A stretch of DNA of 64,000 nt from the NCBI GenBank assembly GCA_964019335.1, contig OZ025690.1:372001-436000 (forward strand), given 5' to 3'. Position 1 is the first letter of the stretch. Every line of letters begins with the position of its first letter. The stretch is from Diplonema japonicum (Eukaryota; Protista; Euglenozoa: Diplonemea). Positions 32,797 to 45,400 of this stretch are shown one piece after another. A program made the position numbers and the translations under genes. The notes beneath the pieces were generated by a model, which made no database searches, was not told the DNA's origin, and saw only the letters and a list, made by a program, of their open reading frames with translations.

Positions 32797-35347
32797 CTAT
32801 AAAGTAATTTGTTTTCCATGTGTACTAAACTGCTCGAAGGGGTCCTCCTGATAGCTACTGCTCTCCTCTTCTTCTTCTTCTTCCTCGTCGTCCCCACGTT
32901 CCTGTGACTCTTCTTCAACTTCTTCAAGGGACATAGATTCTTCTTCTTCTTCTTCTGGTTTTTCTTTTTCTACTTGTTCCTGGGTTGTGAGGCTCAGTCT
33001 TCTCCCTGAAGGGGTCCGTGAGGCCTCCCTAGGGCGTAGCGTCTCATGTGGAGAACCACTGCGGAGCACAGTCTCAGCTGCGAGATTAGCCTTCTCAAGA
33101 AGCTTGTCCTGGCTGGCAAACATAGCCCGGAGGTCATCCATGACATCTGTGCTCCTGCCCCATTCAGCTGATGGCGACTGTGATGCTACTCTACGTGGGG
33201 ATACGTTGGCCTTTGGTTTTTTTTTTTTTTTTTTTTTTTCTTTTTTTTCCTTCCCTGCATACCGGTGACGACTTGCTGGGCGATGTGATCTCGCATATAG
33301 GTGCCAACGGTGCCTCGGAGGGCGGCTTGCCATCGTCGGCTTCCGCTTCCTCTTCCACCGTCCCGCTTTCGTTTGTTTCTTGCGGTGTCTACGGGGGTAT
33401 TTTTTTTTTTGTTTTTTTTTTTGTTTTTTTTTGTTTTGTTTTTTGCTTTACCTTTAGCGTCTTCAACTTGTGGATTTGGTTCTTGTACGACTTGATCTGC
33501 CCAGCCTCAGGGGTGAAGACCAGCCCGCGTACCTTAACCTGCGGTGGGTGTGTGCCCATTGCTGAGGTCGATACGATGCCCACCTCGCCAGGCAGCAGCG
33601 TTACGCCTCCCCGCAGCTTGATGGTGGCTGTGGTCTGGACTGCCCTGCCCGCACGGTACAGCTGCTCGTCCCAGACATGCCGGGTGGTCGGGGTGTGGTT
33701 GGGATGTGGCGAAGGCACCTGTGTGCATGCCCTGGGTGGGGAGTGCATGGACTCCCAGTCTCCACTGTTCGCAAGACGCCGCACCCTGTCGGACTCGCGT
33801 ACCTTGACAGGCTCGCGCACTCGTTCAGGCTCACGGACCCTGTCAGGCTCGCGCACTCTTTCAGGCTCACGCACTCTGTCAGGCTCACGCACTCTGTCAG
33901 GCTCACGTGCTCTGTCAGACTCGCGTACCCGCCGTTCCTGGCTGTACATCCTTCGCACTTCATCCAGCTTTGCCTCAGCCCTCACCCTTGCCCGCTCCTC
34001 CTCCACTAGCTGGTTGAGCAGCTTGTCCGTGTTCAGCCACTCTTGAGGCTGCACGTTCGTGCCCTCCAACAACAGCTCCTTTACCCGCCTCAGTTTATCC
34101 ATGCGATGCATGTCAGCCCCCGTGGCCCCGTAGTCCAGCGCCACCCTGTCGTTCATGGTGACTGCCTCCAGTAGCTCCGACAGCTGGCAGATGATGACGT
34201 CCTTAGCAGTGTCATCTGAGGAGGAGGCGGGGCCGCGCAGCCGCGAAGTCTCGGAGGTAGTAGTAGAGGTGTTGGTAGGCGAAGCGGACACGGGCGGCGT
34301 AATCGTGTCGAGCTGCTGGCTTGCCTTGCTGAGCGCCTCCTTGACCTCTTGCATGGCGACGGGGTCCAGCATGCTCCGATCCAACGCCAGTTGCGCCCGT
34401 CTGACTTGGTCCCTTGCGAAGCTCACGGTCTGGTCCACGCCAGAGGTGGCGTCTGAGGACAAGGACGCCTCGCGGCTTGCAGGGTTGCTTGGGAAGTGCG
34501 AGGCGACGGTGGAGACGGATGTCGCGGTGCTCAGCCGCAGGACGGCAGCGTTGCGCTCGTTAGACGGACTCTGCTGCCCGACAGTGCTCAGCGTGCGACG
34601 AAACTTGTTGCTTTGGTTAGCTGACAGGCTGCTGCTGGGGGCTGGGCTGCTGGTGTTGCGCGGAGTCACAACACACCCGCGTGGAGTGGCGGGGGCGGGG
34701 ACGGGATTGAACTTCACCGTCGACTGGTACTTCTGCTTCCCGTTGGTTGCTGTGGTGGTTGTGGTTGCGGGGGGTCCTGACGGAGCAGGCTCAGTGGGAG
34801 GCTTCTTCCGCCGCGCGGATGGGGGCTGCGAGGGGGTCCCCTCGACACGTTTCCGGTGCAAAGCAGTGAGAGGCAGAACACTGACACGCGTCGGCGGGAC
34901 TGGAGACTTGGACACCCGTTTTGCCTTCGCCCGTGGCGTGGCCACGGCGGCGGCAGTAGTAGAGGTAGGTGTGGCAGCGGCTGACAACGACCATATCTTG
35001 TCCCCAGACCGAGGGTCCATGGCTGGCTCGAACAACGGTACGCCATCTATCTCCATAGGCATATAGTACCCGTTAGACAGCTTCAACCAGTTTTCGCACA
35101 CCAGCACCGTAGTGACAATGCACCCCTTTGCGGGCCCTGCAGGCTTGGCCCTGTCGCTCAGACTGGTGCTGTTTCGCAGCGCAACTCCATTTGGTGCGAC
35201 AACCCTGAACGTCTTTAGCTCCCCCCAAGGGTCGCGCTTCCTTACAATCGGGTTTGGACTCACCGACCGTGCCAAAGGCGTCACATGCCCTCGTGTTGCG
35301 GGCCGTGCGCTGACGCTCCGCCACTCCGCAGTTCGTTTCGTGGTCAT
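32797..35347 (-). CDS. Low-complexity protein with two small SH3-like beta domains and an (REPD/ERV)n repeat; introns 33389-33451 and 33211-33262
   Basis: The spliced frame joins ORFs 33389-35347 and 32797-33333 (KTLK|TPQE...SKSSP|ANVSP). The domain call is tentative. Confidence 0.7.
33781..33930 (-). repeat. 18-bp coding tandem repeat (REPDRV/REPERV, about 8 units)
   Basis: Repeated caggctcacgcactctgt-like units. Confidence 0.9.
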
Positions 35348-35739
35348 TGGAGGTGATGGGGTTGTTTTGTAAAAAAAGGGTAAAAAAGAAAAAGATTATG
35401 ATACGAGGGATGAATGAATATGTGGGGGGGAAAAAGAAGAAGAAGGGGGGTTGCTTTTTCTTTTTTTTTTTTTGGTGTGTGTGTGCCAGCAACGCCCTCC
35501 CCCTCCTTTATTTTCTTTCTCTTAAGAAATGGGGGAAGGAAGAAACAAAAGAAACCCTCCGGTTCCCCTCCCCTGCTCCCCTCCCCACGCCCCCCCTCCT
35601 CTCTCCCTCCCTCCCTCCCTCCCTCCCTCCCTCCTATAGGGGTGTTGTTTGAGGTAACAGAATATTTCTTTAAAAAAAGTAAATAAATAAATGAAAAGAC
35701 GTGTAACAATGGAAGAAGCAAAAAAAAAAAAAAAATCCA

Positions 35740-35952
35740 TTACATCCCCCTTCCTGGCACGGGCATACAGCTTCCGGTTCTCCTTTTCCACGAGCAGAAA
35801 TCGTTGTAATTGAGCACCAAGGGTTTTTTGTCGATTTTCATAATGCATTTTCCGTTCGCCCGCTCCGCAGCAGAGCGCCGCGCGACGCACGCCCCATGGC
35901 TGGGTTTACACTTCGAGTGCAGACACGCTGGGGGTTCATGAGCGGGGTCCAT
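35740..35952 (-). CDS. Possible small Cys-rich protein (70 aa)
   Basis: ATG after an A-rich leader; the ORF coincides with a GC-rich island. No recognisable family. Confidence 0.35.
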   Translation of the reverse strand: MDPAHEPPACLHSKCKPSHGACVARRSAAERANGKCIMKIDKKPLVLNYNDFCSWKRRTGSCMPVPGRGM

Positions 35953-35986
35953 TTCTTTTTTTTCTTTTCCCTTTCTTTCTCCCCTC

Positions 35987-36022
<36 letters not shown>

Positions 36023-36088
36023 CCTTCCCCTTACGGTTAATCAAATAATAATAAAAAAATAAAATAAAAAAATTAAAAAAAAAAACTC

Positions 36089-37075
36089 TTACGACCGCTT
36101 TTCAACCTTCCTGTACAGTTCCAGCAAGAACTCAGGGACACGCAACTTCGCTAAGTGAAGCTGCTCCAACAACTCCTTCGCATCCGGCTCGCTTCCCGCC
36201 TCCACGAAGATCTCCATCAGGGGTTTGTACAAATGCGTCGAGACCAGCGACCCCTCTAAAAGCGCCTTGTGGAAAAGAACCCTTGTGAACATTACAACAT
36301 CCTCTGTGCTCTCATCTGAGAGACAAGCCCGGACACAACTGAGCGCAGAAAAAACAATAGGGGGTGTCAGGGTCACCCCCAAAGAGGCACAGTCAGTGAG
36401 AACCCGACGGAGCTCAGGCACGCTTCCTGAATTTTTGATGATAACCGACATGAAACCGTCGTCGATCATCCCAATATGCCCCCTATGCGCCATGAGGTCA
36501 AGAACATCTGCTTGTTGCGATGGGGCACGATGCCGAAGTGCTGAGGTGTATGTAGAAATGGTCGGCTCGATGCCCCTAGCCTCTAGTTCATGGAGGGTTT
36601 CGATAGGTTCGCACCATTCTTGAAGAAGATATGCGTCATAGAGTATACGGTTGGTGGGTTTGAAGTTTTTGAACACCCGCTTTGCGGTGGCAGGGTCGTG
36701 TTTCAGAGATGTTAATAGTGTTTTGTAGAAGATGTCGTCCGGGGTAATGCCGGTTTTTTTCATCACGGTGAGCACCGAAATTGCCTCGGAAGAGGTTTCG
36801 GCGAGTTGTAAAGCCCCTGTGAAGGTTGCGATGTCTGGGCGGATGCTCCTCTCGTGCATTTCTCCTAGGATTTGTCTGGCCCACCTTTTTCGGCGAAACT
36901 TCGCAAAGCAAGCAAGCATTGTGTTGTAGCTCTTCAACCCCATTGTCTTATGGTTGTCCCTCGCCGTTTCCCAAAGCTTTGCGAACACGGTGTTCAGTTT
37001 CCGCTGCGGTACGTTCCTCGCGCCTATCCCCCGCGCGATGTTTGCGAGTAAAATCGCCGTCTTGTGGTCATTCAT
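36089..37075 (-). CDS. Pentatricopeptide repeat (PPR) protein
   Basis: SYNTMLACFAK, IRPDIATFTGAL, ITPDDIFYKTLL, IEPTISTYTSAL repeats. Confidence 0.88.
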   Translation of the reverse strand: MNDHKTAILLANIARGIGARNVPQRKLNTVFAKLWETARDNHKTMGLKSYNTMLACFAKFRRKRWARQILGEMHERSIRPDIATFTGALQLAETSSEAISVLTVMKKTGITPDDIFYKTLLTSLKHDPATAKRVFKNFKPTNRILYDAYLLQEWCEPIETLHELEARGIEPTISTYTSALRHRAPSQQADVLDLMAHRGHIGMIDDGFMSVIIKNSGSVPELRRVLTDCASLGVTLTPPIVFSALSCVRACLSDESTEDVVMFTRVLFHKALLEGSLVSTHLYKPLMEIFVEAGSEPDAKELLEQLHLAKLRVPEFLLELYRKVEKRS

Positions 37076-37105
37076 TTTTTTTTTTTGTTCCCCCTTTTTT
37101 TTTTC

Positions 37106-37680
37106 TTTATTTCACTCTTCGTCATTTTCTTCACTCACTAGGGGCCTCATTATTTAACGCGAAATGGCCATTATTTAACGCGAAATCGCCATTATTTAAC
37201 TAGTTAAATAATGAGATTTTGCAGTTAAATAATGGCCCTTCAGAGTGAAATAATGGCCCTTCAGAGTGGAAAAATGAGTCTCGCCGTGGAAAAAAATGCA
37301 CCCAACCCCTTGAAAAATCTTTTTGGGGTGGGGGTATTTTGACTATTTTTGGCCATCTGAGGCCATTCCAGCCCTTAAAAGTGGGAATAAGTGCCTTACT
37401 TCCCCTTTAAATGCCACGGCGAAATAGCAACCCCATATTACCTTAGGAAACTCCCTAAAAAGGCTGACCTGCGTGAAAAAAAACAGCAGTGAAAGCAGTG
37501 AAGAGTGAGTGACTCAAATGACGAAGAGTGAAATAAAACGACTTACTTGCCGCCAAATGAGCCATTATTTAACTCTCGTTACCGGTTTTTTTGCACGAGG
37601 GTCCGCAGGGCCCTCGTGCAAAAAATTCGGGAACTCGAGTTAAATAATGACTCATAATTTGTTGGCAATAAATAGTTATT
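37106..37680. mobile_element. Non-autonomous IR + terminal-hairpin element H2
   Basis: Perfect 22-bp IR TTTATTTCACTCTTCGTCATTT (37106-37127 / 37516-37537); ~135-nt hairpin at 37541-37677; end TAAATAGTTA. Confidence 0.8.
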
Positions 37681-38359
37681 ATTTCACTCTTCAGAAATTA
37701 CTTCACGCACTGGGGGGCCCATTACTTCACGCTAAATTTCATTACTTCACGGTGAAATAATGGCCTGTTTTCCGTGAAATAATAGGGGGTTTCCGGTAAA
37801 TAATATGCCTCAGTAGGCCAATTTTTGCCTCGGTTCGGTTCCCAGTGGGGCTACTTTTTCCTCTCAGTTTGCTAATTTCCCCCAGGCTCAGCTCAATTGG
37901 CCAACTTTTGCCTCGGCTCAGTTCCAAGTTGGACTACTTTTTCCTCCCAATTTGCCCACTTTTGGCTTGGCCTTGTTCCCAGTTTCTGGGGTAACTCTTC
38001 TGTGGGTAAGGGTAACTTAGTCAGCTTACCCAAGCTCCCCAAAAGACTTCAAAATACCGAAGGAGCAGAAAAAAAGGAGCCAGCGGCCGCGCTAGGTATG
38101 GGAAGGCCTGATTAGAGATGGTGACAGTGGCAATGCCAGCGACAGCGGCAGCTCTTAGTCAACAAAAGGAGGAAAAACAACTTGTATTGTAACCTTTGTA
38201 ACCCCTCTCTTGTTGTACCCCTTGTCACCCTGTTGTGCCCCTCGTGGTGAAGTAATTTCAGAGTGTCGTGAAATAAAACCACTTACCTACCGCCAAGTAA
38301 TGCTTTACCGACCTCGAGGTAACGGTAAAGTCATTACTTGTTGGCAGTAAATAGCTATT
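37679..38359. mobile_element. Non-autonomous IR + terminal-hairpin element H3 (head-to-tail with H2; duplicate of H4)
   Basis: TATTTCAC...GAAATTACTTCAC and its imperfect inverse at ~38247-38278; hairpin at 38281-38355; end TAAATAGCTA. Appears identical to 58854-59534. Confidence 0.85.
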
Positions 38360-38833
38360 CTTTTCATTACATCGAAGAATGAGAAAATAATAACAAAAAA
38401 AAGAGCGTGCAAAACGTGCCAAAAAAAAAAAAAAAAAAAAAAAAAAAGTTCACGTTCATTTTTTTTTTTTTTTTTTTTCCTTTTACATGGGGGATGCACA
38501 AGAGGAGAGGTGTCCTCTATTTTTTTGAAGAAAAAAAAAATCCCGATGATGGGGGGGAAGGGGAAGGAGGCCTTAAACAGTTACATTTTGTTCCCTTGTC
38601 CAAACTGGGAAATAAAAGCAAAGGGCGGGAGCGGAGGGGAGGGGGGGGAGTGTTACATGGGCCCGGAGGTGAGGGGGGAACAAAAAATAAAAGAAAAAAA
38701 AGGGAGAATGAAAAAAAAAAAAAAAAAAGAAACTGAGAAATGATGGTTTACCCACCTTAAGATTATACGTTACATCATATTAGTTTTTTTTTTCTTGAAA
38801 AAATCAAAGCAAAAAAAAAAAAAAAAAAAAAAA

Positions 38834-38871
38834 TCACTATGATAGGAACGAAGTGGTTAGCAACGGCCCGC
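38834..38871. repeat. Dispersed 38-nt motif, copy A (TCACTATGATAGGAACGAAGTGGTTAGCAACGGCCCGC)
   Basis: Identical to 42352-42389; 2-nt deletion variant at 60835-60870. Confidence 0.9.
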
Positions 38872-39115
38872 CACACAAAAAAAAAGGAAGGAGAAATGAA
38901 ACAAAATCCCAATTTCATTACGTATCTCGGGGTATATTTCTTTTTTCTCAGCTTTCATGTCTTCTTTTTTTTTTTTTTTTTAAAACTATGTGCGTTACAA
39001 AAAAAAAAAAGTAAATTCTGAAAAAAAAAAAAAAAAAAACCTTCGCGATCATCCCCCAAAAAAAACTTCTTTCTTTTTTTTTTCTTTTGGTACACTTTTT
39101 TTTTTCCTTTCCTTT

Positions 39116-39155
<40 letters not shown>

Positions 39156-39199
39156 AAAAAAAAAACCACACTCCCCCCACACAATTTTGTCTAATCTTT

Positions 39200-40703
39200 T
39201 CACATAACCTCAATGTTCGCCGGGACAAACCAATAGCACACTGCAGCCATCTACGAAAAAAAAAAAAATTTTTTTTTGTAAAAAAAAAAAAAAAAAAAAA
39301 ACCCATACCGTGTAAGTAGCACAAAGGAAAAGACCGGTAATCCACGTCCCATATTCAACATTAATAACAGTGTTGACAACAAGAACAGCGACGAGAATAA
39401 GCACGGTGCAGAAAGGGTGGAAATTGAGATCAAGGGCACCAGGCTTGCCGTTGATAGGCGGGGGATTCTCCCCGTTCAAACCCCAAGAGATAACAACGAG
39501 CAAGGGGATCACGAACGTAGCAATTTGAATGGACGACCCAACTGCTACCCCAATGGCAACGTCCATCTTACCCCTAAACGCCATAATAATGGCTGACGCA
39601 TGTTCACACACATTACCCACAATGGGAAGTAAGATGACAGCAATAAATGCCCGGGAAATCCCGGAGGACTTAGCGAAGGGTTCCAAGGCACCCACTACAA
39701 TATCGGACTCTATGGATATTAGAACGGTACACACGGCCAACGCGGTCACCGCGAACGAAACGGTGAACAACGGGTCTTCTTCCTCGTCATCGCTCTCGTT
39801 CTCGACAAGCTTCATCGCCTCCTCATCAACAACTTTTCTTAAAACCGGCTTCTCATCACCCTCTTCAAAATGCTCCTTGTTCACCGCTTGATAATATAAA
39901 AAGATACAGTAACAAACCACCATTATAATCGACAGGCACCGAGAAACCAATAAAACAGTATGTTCACCGTCTTGCTGTTTGTAAAATGGTAACGAAGAAT
40001 TGATAGTGGGAAGGTGTGCCAAGGCGGTAGGGATGATCAACGCGAAAACGGCAAGAAGTAGCAACGATGAGTAAATCGACACACCGGTTCTGTTGAAACG
40101 GAAGTCTTTTCTGTCGTAACCTGCTGCAAGGAACGCCGATCCGAGGACAAGAAGCATGTTCCCCAGAATAGAACCCAACATCGACGCTTTAATAATGTCA
40201 AAAAGGTTCAATCTGATCGCTGCAATACATATAATCACTTCAGTTGCATTCCCAAACGTTACGTTTAACAGTGCACCCCACGTGTCGCCGAGGGAGCATG
40301 CGAGATCGTCAGTCAGATCGCCGAGAATTGCTGCGAGTGGGATTAAGGCTGTGAAGCCTAAGAAAAAGTTCCAGCCTGGGCTGTCGAAGAAAATATAGAC
40401 GGGGAAAGACAGCAGCATTGCGAGTAGAAGTGTGTTTAAAAGTCGGATTCCTTCAGATGAATCGCCGAAAACTAGGGTTTTAGTCTGCTGCCACCATGTT
40501 TCTTCTCTGCTTGTCTCCATGATCTTCCTAGCGGACTCGGTGGCGGCTCCGCCACCACCCCCACTTCTTAAATGTTTCCCGCTGTTTGTTCCGTAATGCA
40601 CGAACGAGCTCTTCGGCAACCCTAATGTGCTGCTGTGCCGCCGTTTTAAAGGTGGAGGGTGGGTAGTCCCACCTGACCCACCATTGGTTCCATAGTTTGT
40701 CAT
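39200..40703 (-). CDS. Ca2+/H+ antiporter (CAX/VCX1 family); one 3' intron
   Basis: Alpha-1 repeat LLNVTFGNATE, alpha-2 repeat LPIVGNVCEH, GSSIQIA. Splicing GTATG...TAG gives the end ...TYT|MAAVCYWFVPANIEVM*. Confidence 0.93.
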
Positions 40704-41466
40704 TTTTTTTTAAAAACTTTTTTTCCCCCCCTCCCTTTCCCCTCTTTGAAATTTTTTTTAGAATATAAGCGAGATTTTTTTTTAAAAAAAAAAAAAAAAA
40801 GAAGAAGTAAATAAAAAGTATTAAAAAAAATTGTAACATCCCCCACCTTTTTTTTTTTTTTTTTTGTCATTTTCCACAGAGAGAGTGAGATGGTGAATGA
40901 AAGGGGGAAATAAAAACTTAGATGAAAAATCTTTATTTTTATTTTAAACGGGAGAGGGGCGGTAAATGGTCAAAAGGCCACGGGTGGAAGTAGGGCGGTA
41001 ATGGCGAAGAAATATACTAAACTTCTAAAAATAGAAGATCAATATTTTAATTTGTTTAAGAAAAAAACGTGATCATTTCTGGGAAACTTTCCGGTTCCCC
41101 CCCCCCCCCCCCCCCCCTGAAACAACATTTCACTAATTCACGGACGTTAGTTGTTTCTTTTTCTTCTTCTTCTTTCTTCCCCTCCTCATCTTTTCGAAGT
41201 CAATGCAAAAAAAAAAAAAAAAAAGAGGAAGGGGAAGAAAAATAGAAAGAAAGAGGGGAGAGAAAAAAAAAAGTTTTGGCGGTATTTTGTTGTTGTTGTT
41301 GTTGTTTGCAAAAAGGTTAAAGTGGGTCTCGATTAACAATTTCACTTAATAATTTTTCTTCATTTTTTTTTTTTTTTGACCACCTTAGTCATCTCGGGAA
41401 CAGCCCATTTGGAGTGAGCTTCTAAACCAGCTGCCTGCGTCTGTTGAAGCTAAACATGCCCGTGGC

Positions 41467-41503
<37 letters not shown>

Positions 41504-42246
41504 GGAAAGAAAAAAAAGTACAAGAAACTAGGCACTCACCTCAGCTCGAGGGGCCTAGCTCTCCCTGATTAAAAAAACTTTTTTTTTTTTTTTTCCTGTG
41601 CCAGTTAACAAATTTTATAGCCTGTCGACCATGAGTTGTGTGTTTAAAAAAAAAAAAAATTGTATAGCGGGAGGAATTTCTTTTGATCTTGATTTTTTTT
41701 TTTTGAGGTTAACTTTCTACAAATCCCTTCCCTTTTTCGAGAAGGGAGGGAAGGAGAGGGGAGGGGAGGGGGAGATTGGAGATCCATTGCCCACGCACTC
41801 GATTTAACCATTGCATGAGAAATGAATAGGGTGGGAGGGGAGGGGGGTTTTTTTTTTCTCCCTTCCGAGCACCCTAAAGGGCCTGGTGGGAAAATCTATC
41901 TTTTTTTTTGACGATCTGAGCATGTGTCAGAAAAATCTTCGTTGGCAGAAAGGATTTTGTCGCCTTTTCGTGTGTAGGTGTAAAGAAAAAAAAAAGTATA
42001 AAAAAGAAAGAGGGGGGGGGGGGGGGGGAGTTTGAATAGGAAAACATATCTCAAAGAAATGAAAAAAAAGTGAATTACACAGCTTCTTAAAAAATAGAAA
42101 GAAAGAAAAAAAAAAGTGAATCGCATTCCAAAAGAAAAAAAATTATACTTCACCGAAATAAGGAAGAAGAAAACAAAGAAAACAGGCCCGGAGAAGAGGG
42201 GAAGGGGGGGGAATCCCTGCCCCTGATCAAAGCGTCGTTAGAATTC

Positions 42247-42288
<42 letters not shown>

Positions 42289-42351
42289 TAAAGCACTTTC
42301 AATACAGATACAGCTTGCACCCTCAATCTTCCAAAAAAAAAAAAAAAAAAT

Positions 42352-42389
42352 TCACTATGATAGGAACGAAGTGGTTAGCAACGGCCCGC
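42352..42389. repeat. Dispersed 38-nt motif, copy B, abutting the LINE 3' end
   Basis: Identical to copy A. Confidence 0.9.
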
Positions 42390-42447
42390 GAAAAAAAATT
42401 TGATAAATTTCGGTGTGCGGGTGGGTGCTCACCGTTCAGGGAGAAAT

Positions 42448-45400
42448 TCACACTAATCGGTCACCGTTCTGCGGTTGCTGTCTGGTGCCTGCGGTGGCTG
42501 TTTGTCGCGATGAGATGGACGGCATCTGGGCGAGAAACATTGCTTGGAGTCGTGCTAGGTAGGGGGCGGTTTGGCTCGAGGAGAAGAGTGGTCTCCTGTC
42601 GTAGCCGTGTGTCGTCGGGCCCCCAAGATGTCGAAGGGTGTGTACCCTTGTCTTTGCGTTGGCGGGGAAAGCATTCTTCCCACTCTTTGCTGTGCATTTC
42701 TGAATACGTCCTAAGATGTATCGCATCCTTCCAGCCTTCTCTGTGAGCCAGTCCTGGTCGTCGAGGGGTCCAGCCAAGGACTGCCGGGTGGCCTGCTCAT
42801 AGTCTACTGCGAGCTCCATCGTCGTGACGGACGTCAACTTCCTACCTGCGTACCATCTTAGGCTTTTCAGCCACCTGAGGACGCTCTTCATGTAGAACAT
42901 TAGGACCTTTCCCGACGCTCCGTTCGATTTCAACAGCTCCACTGTGGGCACAGTGTGCTGCTTCCCCGTTGTGATCTCATCCCACGGGTTGGTGGTGAGG
43001 ATTCTGGTGCTCCGTTCAGCCGCTCTGGCGTCTCGTCTTGACACGACATCCAACAGGTATCGTTGCACGACTGCCGCCTGTTGCTTCGCAGCCCCCGTTG
43101 CGCCCCTTGGAATGATCCCGTGGAGGGCGGTCACTGCAGGTAGGTCACTTCGCGTCATCCCGCCATATCTTTCGTTTGTCAGGGCAGCTCTCGCTGGTGC
43201 ACATTCCCATAGGGCGTGCTCCGTGACTTCTGTCGTCGTCTGGCATCGATGGTCGCAGACGTCGCACGCAAGAGACGAGCTTTCCACACCCTCACGTTCA
43301 TCCAATTGCTTCCCCCACACTCGAGGGTGTACCGTGAACACTGCACCGCTGATGATCCGCCGCAGTCTGTACGATATCAGCGGTCTCCGTGACTGGAGCT
43401 TCCTCCACCAGGCGTTCGTGGACGGACATGCACCCGCTTCCATTCCAGCAAAAGACGACCTGCCGTGGATCAATTCCTTTGCAACAGCCGGTCTGATCGC
43501 CTGTCTTACTTCATGGCGTCTCGCACTGGGCACCAGAGCGCGCAAACCTTCAATGAAGGACCACCCCTTGTTCAGGAAGGGTAGCCACCTCTTCAGCAAG
43601 ACCCCTAGCGGCCCCCTCTCCTCGTCGTCCTCTCGCTCCCGGTACAGTGTAACAATCTCATTGACTCGCTGCCACAGTTGTGGGGAGGTGAGGCTTTCTC
43701 GCATCAGGCAGTTCACCGTGTTGTAAACAATCTTCGCTTGTGGATATGCTGTGTGTCCAGGTAACAGCACATTGAGCACAGCCATCGGGGATCTCATCCT
43801 GAAGCGCGGTCCCCACAGGGAAGTCACCGTCGCTGTACAGAGCTTCTTCAGCTGGTTGTCAGACGGCGCAGCGTAGGTCGTACCGTATAGACAGGATGGT
43901 AGCACAGTGCCCGTCAGCATTGACGCCTTGTTCCCGAAGCTTAATGGCAATGCACCAAGCCGGGACAAACGGCCTTCGGCGGAATGTAGCTTGTCCAAAC
44001 TATGTTTCCCGTTCATGTTCAGGATCACGCCAAGCGCCTTGATCCCCTTCGTCACTCTGAACGATGAGCCTGTGCACTTCAACCAAGGGCCGATCTCATC
44101 CTTCGTCGAGAATGCTTGTGACTTGTTTTCGTTAAGGCGCATGCCTGTCCGCTCGCAAAACTCGATTGTTTTGTTGGTCGCTCTCTTGAGTACCTCGACC
44201 AAACGCGCAAGTAGGTACGCGTCGTCCGCGTACGACAGCGATCGCGAGCCAGGTACCTCAGCAATCACGCACTTCACCATCACTGACACCAGAGCGTTCA
44301 CCAGGATGACGGAGATTGGACACCCTTGGAGAATTCCATTTGTCACGTGGAACTCGGAACCCACGCCAGTAGGGAAGCGGAAACGTCTTTTGAGGCCTGC
44401 GTACATCGCTTTGAGCGGGGTCAGTATCCTCTGGTGCAAACCCAGGTCTTGCATAAGCCCGAACGCTACTTTCTGTGGCACCCTGTCGAAGCACTTGACG
44501 AAGTCCAGTGCTATGCCGTTAAGAGGGGTGTTGGTCAGCATCGCCGTCTCCAGCTGCGTGCTGAGCTCCATCAGGATGCTGTCCGTCCCGTGACGTGGTC
44601 GAAAACCATGCTGCGAGTCGTCCGCCCATTTCTCTTGCCATGGCGATATATCACGCAACCTGGCACAGGCCCACAGTCTGTAGACCGCACTCGTGACTGT
44701 GATGGGGCGGTGGTTGAGCGGAGTCCTCTCGCCTCCCTTCGGGATCAGCGTAACCAACGCCGTCAGGAGTGCCTTCGGCCACTTCCCTGTCACCTCGATG
44801 GCGTTGAAGAGCATCGCCCACGCATCCAACAATACATTTGGCATAGCGCGAAGTTCTGCCATCCTCCACCCATCAACTCCCGGTGCTGTCCTCGTCGATT
44901 TCTTGGCCAGAACTGCTCTCAGATCAGCCCCTGTCAGTGGCTGGAGCACCATGTCATGCGTCGAGATGTATGGCCCGTATCTAGCCTTGAAGGCCTCGTA
45001 CGATGGTTCTTCATGCCCTTCACCGTACATCTGGAGCACGCCGTCCCATTCCGCGTGCATCATCCTGTCCATCTCGTCGAGGTCTGCGGTCAGCACTCCG
45101 CCGCTCTCCACTGCCTGCGCCGCTGACGTAGAAGTGTTTTTCACAAAGGCGGTCATCCCCCTCCGCTCCTCCTGGAACTGGGTGTTGATCCTCGCCTCGT
45201 ACTTCTTCTCCCGCTCCACTCTCGTGTCCTTTGCGATCTCGCGTAGTAGCGAGGAGAGGTTGTCGTCTAGCAGTTGAAGTCTGGTGACAATCGACTCCAG
45301 GTCATCCTTCAGCAAGTTCCTATCAAACACTGGAGGGTTCGGCAGTTTCTCCAGCAAACTCAGAGCATTCGCCCAAGTCTTCAACAGAACTACTGGCATG

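Noticed and set aside
37140-37270. Short direct repeats as a CRISPR-like array
   Set aside because: Irregular iterons inside element H2 with no unique spacers, in a eukaryotic context.
42352-42389. Resemblance of the 38-nt motif to U6 snRNA, LSU rRNA, a tRNA A-box or a CACTA terminus
   Set aside because: Matches are short and gapped: no ACAGAGA box, no B box, no partner TAGTG end. It does not match the euglenozoan spliced leader either.
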